Below, one piece after another: positions 53,001-63,510 of a stretch of 64,000 nucleotides of DNA; the stretch's first letter is position 1, and each line of letters starts with the position of its first letter. This DNA is from Marsupella aquatica (taxonomy: Eukaryota > Plantae > Marchantiophyta). The notes beneath the pieces are model-generated. The model was not told the origin of the DNA, searched no databases, and saw only the letters and a program-made list of their open reading frames with translations. The translations under genes were made by a program, and so were the position numbers. Location: positions 7,867,808 through 7,931,807 of the forward strand of contig OZ316891.1 of assembly GCA_973895155.1 (NCBI GenBank), in the 5' to 3' direction.

Positions 53001-54882
53001 CACTGAGGAGAAATTCGGAGATCACAGAATTCCTCTACTTCATCTAGCTGTTTACTTTCGCAACTATGCAGCCGTGGATGTTCTGACCGACAATAGGACC
53101 ATCAATCTTTTGGCCAGGAGTAGTTCTAAGCTGAACGCGTTGCACGTGGCTGTAAAAAGCCGAGACACAAGCCTAGCTCGCAGTGTATACAACGCTTTGC
53201 TCGCGGCTATCAAAAGCGACGCTTGGTTCGTGGGTGTGAAAACATACCTAGTTTCCGTGGGTGACGAAAGTGCCTCCGTGATTGAGTCCATGATAATCAG
53301 TGACTTGGTGAATGGACAGGATGACTTCGGGATGACTCCTTTGCACTATGCTGTATGGGAGGGTGACGAAAGAATGACAGATCTTTTACTCTCCATGAAG
53401 ACGATCAAAGTGAATGCAACTGACAACGATGGTCTCACACCGTTGCATCTGGCATCGTGGAACAATCAACACGAAGTTTTGAAGAAACTGCTGGTTTCCC
53501 CGAATGTTGATATTGCTTTGCAATCACGGGTATTTATGTCGAAAGCATTTGATTGGCAGTCAGAACGGGACTGTTTGCAAAAGGATACATTCAAAATAAT
53601 AGAATCTCACCTTCTGCAGTTCGTCTTTGATCCAAGAAAATTGGGAGAAAATCTGTCCAGGGCGATGCTTGACGAGTTACAGGAAAACGATCGGGCAGAT
53701 GGATGGGGTTATGCGCGACAGCTGAGGGGAGATGAAAATCGAAGGGAAATAGCCGATTTTTTATGGCCTTCGAGCAATGATCATGACAACGATGATCATG
53801 TCAGCAATGGCTGTATGACGGCTCTACATTGTGCAGCATGGCGGGGCCATTCAACAATTGTTGTAGAGCTAATGCACATTATCTCCAAGCTACCACGAGC
53901 CAGAACAATGTCGAACTTGGTAGATAAGTATGGCTTAAGTCCCATGCACTATGCAATCATGCGAGGAGACGCTGGCATGGTCGACGAACTTCTGAGCTAT
54001 TCGCTGGTGGTGAAAGGTAATATTCGAGAGCATTCGATCCATGCCTTGACGCCTCTCAGCATGGCTTACCGCTTAATCGAGCATTTTGAGGGGCTGGGTG
54101 ACAAAATAGAAACTGTGGGGGAACACAGACACAGAAAAGCAACTGTGGACAAATACAAAATCATAGTTGGTTTGCTTGAAGAACTTTCAGATGTCAAAGC
54201 TTACATAGAAACTCTCTACAAAGAGAGACAACTGTTTATCGATGCTGCAAATGCCATCTTGGTAGGAGCAGCTTTGATTGCAAGTATCTCATTTGCAGGA
54301 TGGTTACAACCGCCCTTGGGCTACCAGCAATACTACGAGTCCGGATATCTTCTCACAGGATCAGCACCACCGGACACATACGCCTCATTTGCCTCAGTGA
54401 AACAACATATCAGTGTCACCATGTTTTGGGTATTCAACAGCCTATCCTTCTTTTTTGCTGTAGGGACAGTGGTGACTGGAGCTTGTGTTGTTCTGCCCAT
54501 GCGTGAAAAGGCAGAGTTAGAGAAACATGTGCGACGCATGCGCTGGCTGCACATTTGGACCACATTATTTCTTTGCTCGTCTGTGGTGTTTGTCCTAGGG
54601 GCCTTCATTGCAGCCGGGTTTGCATCTCTTCCGACTGAGCTGGAGTACCAATGGGTCATGATTTCGACTACCGGGGTGGGGGGATCTGTAGCCATATGTG
54701 CTTTGTTCTACTATGTGCATCGAGTGTTCATACTCATCAAATGGATATTGAGGCCCACTTTCAAAGGACGAACACTAAAACAGTTTTTGTTATGTCTTTT
54801 TGCAAAATATTTCTTGACTTCATGTTTGGAGGTCCTCGCGCTCTTGGCAGATGGGACTTTAGAACAGATGCCATATTTATAG
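50083..54882 (+). CDS. Ankyrin-repeat, PGG-domain transmembrane protein (ACD6/ITN1-like architecture), intronless, 1599 aa, with three internal modules
   Basis: 4.8-kb open frame with many ankyrin repeats (GMTPLHYAA, GFTALHLAA, GLTPLHLAS). The C-terminal AILVGAALIASISFAGWLQPPLG...FWVFNSLSFFFAV...VLGAFIAAGF gives a PGG-type membrane domain. Confidence 0.93.
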   Translation: MDDAVAGSVVCDESDDEVAGPSGVEAEEELLIGLVKAIEELESELDDPEAILRQLKRLSRDDIRRLIRMKVPGANGGKLTVLGHLCVKKTCFGHCSKDLMDFLLTEENVNNLEEFDGHRIPLLNLAVYCGNEGAVHLMCPEISSSASLGAHIFASASTKLNALHMAVKSQEKEALLRLLFVTLRRKRTEMQTGFANEKDDLGMTPLHYAAWEDNKDATEGLLGHWGSFEFLQEIYVNATQRNGFTALHLAALNNGIEVLDALLEHQEIDVNATDHNGFTALHVASWNNHSECVRILLRHPLINRNATDEHGRTASYLASRNHIEAMYRLLRRIIPNLDIKLNDATDDENSFTVEHLALWKQQKRIIEAMLVGSQDVDVPLPQISRQMSEGAYVPPGESMKESLRSDFENLESHLLQFSPGRKRWLETTKNNWQRRAETNEFLTPDSSSALHENERPGPGREMVIDDRPDEEQLTVLVEVIIRALNQRVDQVRVIDRLKWLSENNWLSDQDIMRLSRLRVRDNVGGGMLSVLGHLCVRKSDSALVLEFLLSEASVNILEEFDNHSIPLLHLAAYCGNDAAVKVLCNVKGINLSVRSSSNLNVLHIAAKSGNSRVVDEIGVCASRLSCDMVRDLVNGQDDLGMTPLHHAAWEGNLSVMRSLICMNMINVNAIACNGLTPLHLASWNNQMLCVDNLCSHPAINMNITDKNGFTALHLASWNNHSGCVEYLLINQGIDVCKTDEHGFTALDLASRNHIEAMFRLLHHPNVNLIDTNEHSFAPLYLANWKWHKKNLLDRMSWWARRQAGSWLENSDVSLGRTFVGTYATLGESARKSLEEKFERMESHLFQFCSDRGETVRRMKDRVWDVDICSQIDWQKAPAETEVARGNLADEQLLMELMEDIIALKPGADDASVIDRLVWFSENNWLSKNDIITLSHIRVPDLNEGRLSVLGHLCVRRPCSELVLRFLLRAADGNTEEKFGDHRIPLLHLAVYFRNYAAVDVLTDNRTINLLARSSSKLNALHVAVKSRDTSLARSVYNALLAAIKSDAWFVGVKTYLVSVGDESASVIESMIISDLVNGQDDFGMTPLHYAVWEGDERMTDLLLSMKTIKVNATDNDGLTPLHLASWNNQHEVLKKLLVSPNVDIALQSRVFMSKAFDWQSERDCLQKDTFKIIESHLLQFVFDPRKLGENLSRAMLDELQENDRADGWGYARQLRGDENRREIADFLWPSSNDHDNDDHVSNGCMTALHCAAWRGHSTIVVELMHIISKLPRARTMSNLVDKYGLSPMHYAIMRGDAGMVDELLSYSLVVKGNIREHSIHALTPLSMAYRLIEHFEGLGDKIETVGEHRHRKATVDKYKIIVGLLEELSDVKAYIETLYKERQLFIDAANAILVGAALIASISFAGWLQPPLGYQQYYESGYLLTGSAPPDTYASFASVKQHISVTMFWVFNSLSFFFAVGTVVTGACVVLPMREKAELEKHVRRMRWLHIWTTLFLCSSVVFVLGAFIAAGFASLPTELEYQWVMISTTGVGGSVAICALFYYVHRVFILIKWILRPTFKGRTLKQFLLCLFAKYFLTSCLEVLALLADGTLEQMPYL

Positions 54883-57800
54883 TGCTCCTTCGTACAAAAC
54901 TAGCGATTGCCTAGGCCAGAAGCATGGGCAGAGGTTGCTTTGAGTTCAACAATCCCATTGATCTTGGTGTGATTCTTAATGTCAATCACCAATTTCGATC
55001 AAGCCCACGACTGCCACGAATTCATGGCATTGCTCGTGAATCGAGTCACTGCAAGAGAGGAAAGCTTTCTTTGGTTTGATGGTAGGTTGCTACTTCGATT
55101 AGTTGGGCTAGCTGAAAGCTCGAGGTTACTTATTTTATAAAGTGTAATTGCTTATCTCGGTATTTCCGAAAGGATTTTCCGGCGATGAATCTCGTGACGA
55201 GTGTGTACCATGATAAAATCTACAGGTAGTTTTCATGTCAAATGATGGAGTCGGTTTAGGAGTTGTCGGGAACTCCTTTATTTGCATGTGATCTGCGTGC
55301 ACTTTGTGTAATTAAGCTATTGTCGGGCCTTCCTTTGTTTTGCTTTGGAAAATGGACGTGGTGATGGTGAGCGAATCTCAACGACTTGCAGAAGAGAATC
55401 GAGCTCGTCCATCATTAGCTCTCAGTCATTTTTGCAAACACCACAATCTCCTGTTGATGTCGACGAGCTCAAGAAAATTAGTTGTCATTGATTAGAGCAG
55501 TATCGTCGATGCCGTTGTTTCTTGAACGCTGATAAGCGACGTAAGGGCGCTAGGTTAGGCAAACGGACATGACAGACTAACTTTGCAGCTAGCTAGCTAT
55601 AACATTCTCTCAGATTCCTCGAAGAATTGTTTCAGTGGGGATATTATTCTTTTGCATTGAGACTCATAAAGCTTAATTCCGTGAGTTTCTCACCTACTAC
55701 AGTAGCTTGCGAGTTGAAGATATTGCAATCTGTTGGTCTGTGTCGACGTTGCGGTGCCCAATCAGTTCTGGTATAGTCCATTTAGGTTTTTTGAAGGGCA
55801 CAGTATCTCGGTGCTTCCTTTAGTTTCGGCACATTAGGAATTCAGAGAGCACTTTTGAGAACCTTCGATTGGGAAGGCATTGAAGTTCCCAGAATGTTTT
55901 TATGAGAATACCAAATTTCTTTATAAATGATTTGGTTGTTGCATCCTTTCTGTATGGCAGGTCCACGAGTCAAAAACCGTAGATTTCCAATTCCAGCTGA
56001 AATTTTGAACACTTCGGCGCAGAACGTCCCATATATGAATATTATCTAGAAAATCTTTTAATAAAAATAACATGTATCAATTTAATAGATTTAATCTTTT
56101 AATAGATTGACCATAGCAGGTTCATTTAATCTTGTATGGACTTCTGACGCTGGGATGGGTTATCCCTTCAAAATCTGTGATTGGCAGCGGAAACAAGGAA
56201 CTTTCGAAGTACGTAGTCTACCATATTCCAAAAACAATTTGACAATATCTTTTTGTTTATTGTCAAATTGAATGTTCTGAATTCTGGACGGTATAGGAAA
56301 TGGAAACATCAGCAAAAGATCAGTCACGATAGCGGATAATTTGCAAAAATCAAACGGCTAAAAAACGTTTATTCTGTGGATAGTAGTACTCGTTTCGATA
56401 AGGGGAAACTGCCAAAGAGCAAGCGGAAAACCCCTGCTGGTCCTCGCGCTTGATTGCTTACATTTAAATCTTTAATGCAATGGCTTGGTTCTGTTGGGAG
56501 ATGACATATATTGCCTTTGTTGCACTATAAGCATTTTTTCATCCTTGTTCAAGCGATACAAGACAAACTCCCAGATGAACTCCCAAACGAATTGAAATGC
56601 AAGCTTGACAAAAGAGTAATACCTCAATCATGGGATAGTTGAGGAAGCTACTCTAACTTGCTCGGATTCCTGACACATGTGGAATGATTACCACTAATAT
56701 GACAGGTCAGCATTAGGCATCATCTACTCACTATAATATACAATACCGCCTTTTTGTGCTCATCGTCTGCTTACAAAATCCACTTTTGGAGGGAACTCAT
56801 TATGACCATTGGATTTAAAACTTAAATTTTCCTGCCCATCAGATTTGTGTAAGGAAGAATAAAGAGTTTGTCCTAGCCTAAGGCACGGATGGGCTTCCAT
56901 TCACACCTAGACTCATACACAAACATCTAGAAAAAGATCATTGGGAATTGAATGTGAGTTCACATGTGGCTATCATGGGTAGATGGGTCTGACAAGAAAA
57001 TCTAAGTAGACCCCACATGATTGCCCCATTCAAGTAAAGTAAAAGTATAGACAAAGTACAATACAAATTAAGTTGTGAGTTCAAAAGGGATGATTTATAG
57101 GAAAATGGAAAAAAAAAATAAGTCTACTAGGAGTAGATAAGAAAAATTGTTTTTTTTCTAATCTCTATAAAGTACTTTTTCCAAGTTACATTAACAATCC
57201 TATATTCTCTATTGCAATAACCTTATTGACCAAAGACACAATAGCCCCAACAACGAAAAGGCCAGAGTGATAAATGATTGTAACAATGAAATGGTTGTAA
57301 TGACAAATGTGCAATGCAAGTTAGGGCAATGGGTTTGTATATATGTCATATTTGAAATCACATTATAAAAAACTATCCCATCTTAAAGAGTTAGTGCAAT
57401 CTACAAAAGTGGAAATGGAAGGAACAAACCAATACCATCACATATAATTCAATGATTTTGACACCCTTGGATTGAGTGAACAGGATCACCTATATGGAAG
57501 TGAATACCATGGATATTTTTGCTTCTAAAGTAGGTATTTACAAAATACATGTGCTGGCTAAATACTTTCAAGAATGACATGTGCATTACATTGATATCAG
57601 ATTTATTTTTGTTTTTTTGCTAAGGAGAAGAGATCATTTATCTTTTGCTCCATGTTGTTTCTTCTTCTCTTTCTTAATCATGTTGGAAGGGGGAGGGAGG
57701 CTGCCAAAGAGCCAGGATGGGAGACTGAAAGGAGAGAAAGGAAGGGCACGGAAGAGGAGATTGAAGAAAAAAAGGAAAAAACATGAATTTCTCTCCCTCC

Positions 57801-57929
57801 ATATAGCTGAGGGCAACCACACTTGACCCCGTAACACCCCAGCCGTCGCCCCATCTTGCGTTCCCTCCCATGCTCTCACCCTCTCCACAACATTGCTTTC
57901 ACAATAGCACCTTGGGACATACTTTGCCT

Positions 57930-58440
57930 CAATATCTTTGCCTCGACTTGACAAATTTTCTTGCCTTGACATATTTTTCTCATCTTGACATCTTTCTATC
58001 TCCTCAACGACTTTTTATCATATTGACATGTTTTCCCTCCTCAATGTTCTTTTCAATTTCACATTGACATCTTTTTTTCACCTCAACATCTTTCCTCTCC
58101 TTTACACCTTTTCTCTCCTCAACATCTTTTATCATCTCAACATCCTTTTCTCACCTTGATATATTTCTTCTTGACATATTTTCTCTTTGACATCTTTTCC
58201 TCACCTCAGCATCATATTCTCATTTTCACATTTTTTCTCTCATGGACATGATTTCCTCACCTTAATATCATTTTCTCACCTTGACATTTTTTCTCTCATT
58301 AACGTTTTTCTCATCTCAATATCTTTTTCTCTCCTCGACATCTTTTTCTCACCTCAACGTCATTTTCTCATCTCAACATCTTTTTATCTCCTAGATATCT
58401 TTTCCTCAACTCAATGTCTTTTTCTCACCTCAACATCTTC
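57930..58440 (+). repeat. Pyrimidine-rich ~19-bp minisatellite, first array
   Basis: Degenerate TCTC(A/T)CCT(C/T)(G/A)ACATCTTTT units. Confidence 0.85.
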
Positions 58441-58449
58441 TGGGCTATT

Positions 58450-59204
58450 TGTATATATATTCTGCCAAAATAATGAGACTTTCACACCCATAAACTATGA
58501 CAATATTACTATGGTTTTTCACTGCAATTGTCTTACAAAATTTGACTTTTATCGTCCCAAAGAAAGCCTTGGAAGCAAAACAAAGAGGGGGAGAGGCAAG
58601 GAGAAAGGGGGGCACATGGATGGGAAAAGAGGGAGGGAGAGGCTTCATCTTGCCCCTTCCGGTCGCAGGTAAGGGTGGAAAAAGTGTCAAGTTTATTTTC
58701 TCACCTCAAAATCTGTCGCTTTACTTAATTACAGTTTTTTCTGCTCAAAATCTTTTTCTCTCCTTTGCACACGTTTTTCTCCTCAACATCTTTTGTTCAC
58801 CTAGACATATTTTCTCCCCTCAATTTTTTTCCTCATCTCACCATCTATTTCTCTCCTCAACATCTTTTCTCTCCTCGACATATGTTTCTCACTTGGACAT
58901 CTTTTTTTTCTTTGACATCTTTTTCTCTCCTCGATTTCTTTTATCACCTCAAATCTTTTCCTCACCTCGACATCTTTTCTCTCCTTGACATCTTTTATCA
59001 CCTTGACATATTTTCTCTCCTCGACATTTTCTATCACCTCGACATCTTTTGCTCACCTCAACATCTTTTCTCTCCTCGACATCTTTTGCTCACCTCAACA
59101 TCTTTTCTCTCCTTGACATCTTTTATCACTTCGGTATCTTTTTCTCTCCTCGACATCTTTTATCACCACGATATCTTTCGTGCAACACACGGGCATTGGG
59201 CTAG
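58450..59204 (+). mobile_element. Non-autonomous Helitron containing the second ~19-bp minisatellite array (58770-59178)
   Basis: The 3' end CGTGCAACACACGGGCATTGGGCTAG|T matches the Helitron hairpin-plus-CTAG terminus. The tentative 5' end is TGTATATATATT at 58450, resembling TCTATATA. The left boundary is uncertain and may include the first array. Confidence 0.65.
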
Positions 59205-59559
59205 TTAGTCACATATATCACCAACATAAATACACTACTAATGTGGCAACATATGGTTATACTTATACATATAGTTGTAATAGTTGTAATTGAAGTTATG
59301 AGATTTGTTAGTTTGCCACTCTGTGCCACTCTTTTTAGGCCAAGTTACCACTTTGCCATGGTCTTAATTTAATTATCAATACGTCTGGTCTTCCTGACTT
59401 GTTTGGCACAGGAGATGAATAATGTGGGGCTTTTTGCTTGATGCTGCAGTACACATGTTTTTAGTTTCGCTGGTATGCAGGAGATATGGTACTTGTGAGT
59501 CCACCGTGTGGGAGCTTTGATGAATTTCGTGGACTGATGTTCACTGACCTTGCCAAAAT

Positions 59560-60091
59560 ATGCATTTCCTTCTATAAATCACAGGATTCGCATTAAATGT
59601 TGTCGCCCGGTCCATTAGTGGATGGCTGCCAGTAGCGGGTAGTTGCAGGTTGCATACCCAAAAAACAAAATAAAATACCTATAAAACAACTATTAAGGAG
59701 ATCCTGCTATCCATGGGCTGCTGGTAGAACGCGAGAGTAGGGTGATTGCTATCCATCGGCTACTAGTAGAACACGAGAGTAGGGTGATTGAGGTATTGGG
59801 TTTGAATCTCAGTGTGAGCTTTTTAACACACATCCACCCCAAAAGTGGGGTTCGGACGCCTCTACGTACACTCAGAACTTTTTTGAGTCCATCAAAGTTG
59901 CTTCAGCTGCCTCTAGTGACACTCATAACTTTTTCACATAATCCCCCAAAAGTGAGGTTCAGCCGCCTCTAGTGACAACTTTTTTTGATTCCAGTAGCGG
60001 AACCGGTCGTAGCATTTTCGTGTGAATAATCACTAAAACCCAAAAGAGTTACAGAACACTAGTAAATGGTGAGCACTTGTAGAAATGAGTA
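59560..60091. mobile_element. ~530-bp insertion in the paralog upstream region, with a tRNA-like segment
   Basis: Absent from the first copy, where 48481-48500 is contiguous. Contains A-box-like GGGCTGCTGGTAGAAC (duplicated) and T-arm-like TTGGGTTTGAATCTCAG at about 59796. Confidence 0.5.
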
Positions 60092-60309
60092 ATTATGGGA
60101 GTGTCTGACTACCTTTCGAATCAGCAAGTTTGCAATTAAGACTCGTACGTTGTTAGCTCTGAGATTTAGAACGTGCTGTATAAGTCAAACCGGACTTGAT
60201 CCTGCACATGGGTGATGGGTTCGTCATGGGCCCGAAATCCGAATGTACAGTAGATGTTTTGGCTTCTTTTATAATCTTTGATGTGTGGGGCCACTCTCAT
60301 ATCGAAAGT

Positions 60310-61742
60310 TGAGTGCAAGATTTAATTAGGTGCAGAGACTAGGAAGTCTCAAACCAGCTGTTCTGCAGAGGGTGCCGTGATGGGAACGCTGTGGGCCGGG
60401 TTGGGGGTAAAAAATCTGAAAAAAAACTACCCAAAATGCCCACTAACTCAGGTGGTCAGTGCATTGGGGTCTGTATCAAAAATCTCTCTGCGCAAATGCA
60501 TGGAGGCCCTTAAAAACAAACATGGGGATATGGATGGGTGTATTGACAGTCTCAAACCAAAAGAAAACCCTGGGTGAACCTTGCCAGACAGTGCATCTTT
60601 GTCAAGGCTACGGAAAAAATTCCCCACAGATATTAACAAAAAATTGGGAAACAGCTGGTTACGTTTGAGACACCCTATTGAAGCTTTTCGATTAATCCCA
60701 CTGTCTTTGAAACGCCAAGGCTAGTTAGGTATCCTTTGGGCTTAAAAGTTCCAGTTTTGTCTAGCACCTATTGTATGATCGACTCTACCCAAGTGCACTC
60801 ACACAATTGTCATTTAGTGGAGCCAGTTTGCACTTATCAAAAGTGCAAAAAAGTCCAAAATGGTAGGAAAAAAAGGTAAGAAGTCAACCGGAATCCTTGC
60901 CATTAGGCAAGCTTTGCACTAATGGAGTGTGCTAGGAAGAGAGAACTAAGTGATGATTCGTCCAGGCATGTCATATTGGATATCCTCTTTGTTTCAATTG
61001 TGCAAATCACTATCATGTTCAATCTAAGATCACGAAGTTGAGTTGCAAACTTCAGGAGTTGAATGCAATGAGTGTAGCTAAGATATCGCACTGAAACTCC
61101 AAGGAGGTTAGATTCGGAAATCGTCTCGGTTATCTCTAGCAGCTTCATCCTGAGCTGAACTGTGATGAATTGTTAACACCATCTTTGGGCAAGAACATCT
61201 TCAGGTCCTTCATGTGTTAACAGCCCATAATTTACTCAAACAAGGGTACCTATATAACTTGGAAGTTTGTTAGGCAGATGTTTGGCATAGGCTTCCCGTG
61301 CGTTGTCACCTCTAATATATAGCTTCCTGTTGCTCGTCGGCGGTTTGGAAGTGACTGGGACGAAAGTATCTCAACTCGTTCCAAACAGTCGTCTCCTCCT
61401 ATCCTGACTAAAGATCGAGAAGCATGAAGAACAGTGTCTCAACTTGTTGGAAAACAGTCTTCTCCTCTGATCCAGAATGAGAGAAGTATGACGGAAGTGT
61501 CCCCACCGGTTGCAAACTAGTCAACGACCATCGCCGATTGTACATTGATCTCCCACTCTGCACCTGAGCATTCGTTTAACTTAATACCGTCCCTTGCTGA
61601 ATGATTTTCTAATGGAGGCCTGTGATACTTTCGAGGCAAGATATATATCTTGTAGGTAAAAGAATATACAATGGAAGTGAGGACTCGCCACTTACTTGTA
61701 CTTGGCGGCGGACTGTACCTCCTAGCTGTCCCTGAACAGATT
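60310..61742. mobile_element. ~1.4-kb segment present only in the paralog upstream region, including a possible hAT-type MITE at 60340-60677
   Basis: Interrupts the alignment to 48855-48860. TAGGAAGTCTCAAACCAGCTGTT and AACAGCTGGTTACGTTTGAGACACCCTA form imperfect inverted ends, but there is no TSD. Confidence 0.4.
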
Positions 61743-63510
61743 GTGTTAAAATATTGTGACATAAGATTCTCTTGGGATGCACTTGGAGCACGTTTTACAT
61801 AATTCCAATAATTATCCTATCCCTCACAGGCCGTTTTCCACGACAATCTTCATAATGGTCTTGAGGTAGACTGTTTGATGCCGGGTTTGATGCTGTCCAA
61901 TATAATTATGGACTCTCTCATCCCTTGTAAATAATCAAACGAGCGCGGGTAATTGACCCGGGTCTCTCGCAGTTTGTGAAAGGACTGTTGCGGTCACTCA
62001 AGTCAACACAGCACCCAGATAGAGACTCACGGGAAACAACTTAATGCTCAACTTCCAAATATCACAATGTAGCTCCTCAAGCCAGTGGAAAACGTACTGA
62101 ATGAAAACATGGGACTGGCCATCTAGCCAATTTAATGATGCCGACAAGTACATACTTCTCGTAGCTCGGGGCACGACAGTCCAGAGCATTGGAAGCCTAG
62201 CTAGCGGAGGAGCTTTTCGTATTCCAGGATCTCAGCGTGATGGTGTTTGGAAGTCCACTACTTGGAGGGGTACGTTCCTGTGCCCTCGCCTATGCCTAGC
62301 TGGTCTGATGTAGCTCGTGATCTGTGTCAGTGAGCAATTTGAGTGGTCATCGTTGCTGTAAATTGAGATTAACTATTGACATTTTATCACATTTTGCGCA
62401 GGCACACCTACGGTGATCCCACCCTTGGGACCTCACATTTCCTGCTGCTGCAGCTGCTGGCGTGGGTCATCATCATGAGCATCATCTTCTCTCATCGAAT
62501 CTTGCTGCATAATCAGGGTGTCCGTCAAATTTAAGCTGCAGAACTTGACACCGTGTGGTAGAACCACCGACGGTGATATGTCCATGTGCGGCAGAACATT
62601 CCCACTTTGTTGATAATCTTGGACCAGAAGTTTTTCCCGTTTTGTATTCCGACTATTGGTCATGTACCGGTCATCTTAGAGGTTGTGGCCTCTGATTTTC
62701 CTTCGGCTGGATGAGCTTGCAAGTTTTGCCATTGATTATTGTGACTCAATCTGCGTGCTTCTCCCTCTTGAAATTTGTGCAGAGTCTTTAGCCAATTGCC
62801 CAGTCTTTAGGAAGGCGATCTGTCCGGCGGAGGTTTGATACAAGTTTCAGAAGGCTTCAGAAATATCTTCCAATATATCAACGACAGGGCCTTGCACTTG
62901 GACAGCTCCTCAAAGCTGTTTTCGATTCAGAACGATCAGGTGAAGGGCGCCCACTGATCAGGTGAAGCAATGGACGGACCACTTGGCAGTGAAGTGGACG
63001 GTTCAATGGCAGGGTCAGTGGGTGTGACAGGATGATCTGTCTTCTCTTCTGATCGACTGCTATCTGTCGTTAGAGTTTCTTCGGTTACTTATTTCTCATG
63101 TAAAATGCCGCGGGTGATTGTCTGCACTCCTCGTGTCATTTCTTAAGAGTTTCCGGTTTTATTTTACTCATGTAAACTGCCACGGGTGTAAGTCGTTGAA
63201 CTCACCACGTGTCTGTGTTTTAAGAGTTCTCTGTTTTCCGTTGTAAGGAGTTCACGTTCAATTCTCTGTATTTGAATTGTCTCGTTTATCCGCGGGGATG
63301 TGAGGTATTAAGGTTCATCTCTCCCTCCCTCTGCGGTATTGATCTGAGTTCATTTCTTAAGCTTTCTGTTCGATTCTCTTCACGGAGAATACGGGGAAAA
63401 TAAAGAGGACAATCTGTACAGCATCTATTCTCGATGTGTAGTCTCAGTCAATTGATGTGTGTAAAATTATTATGTTCCCTCTATTGAGAACGATCACAGT
63501 GGGTGATGAA

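Noticed and set aside
58187-59208. Hydrophobic 150-160-aa ORFs
   Set aside because: Translations of the pyrimidine-rich minisatellite, which lacks stop codons.
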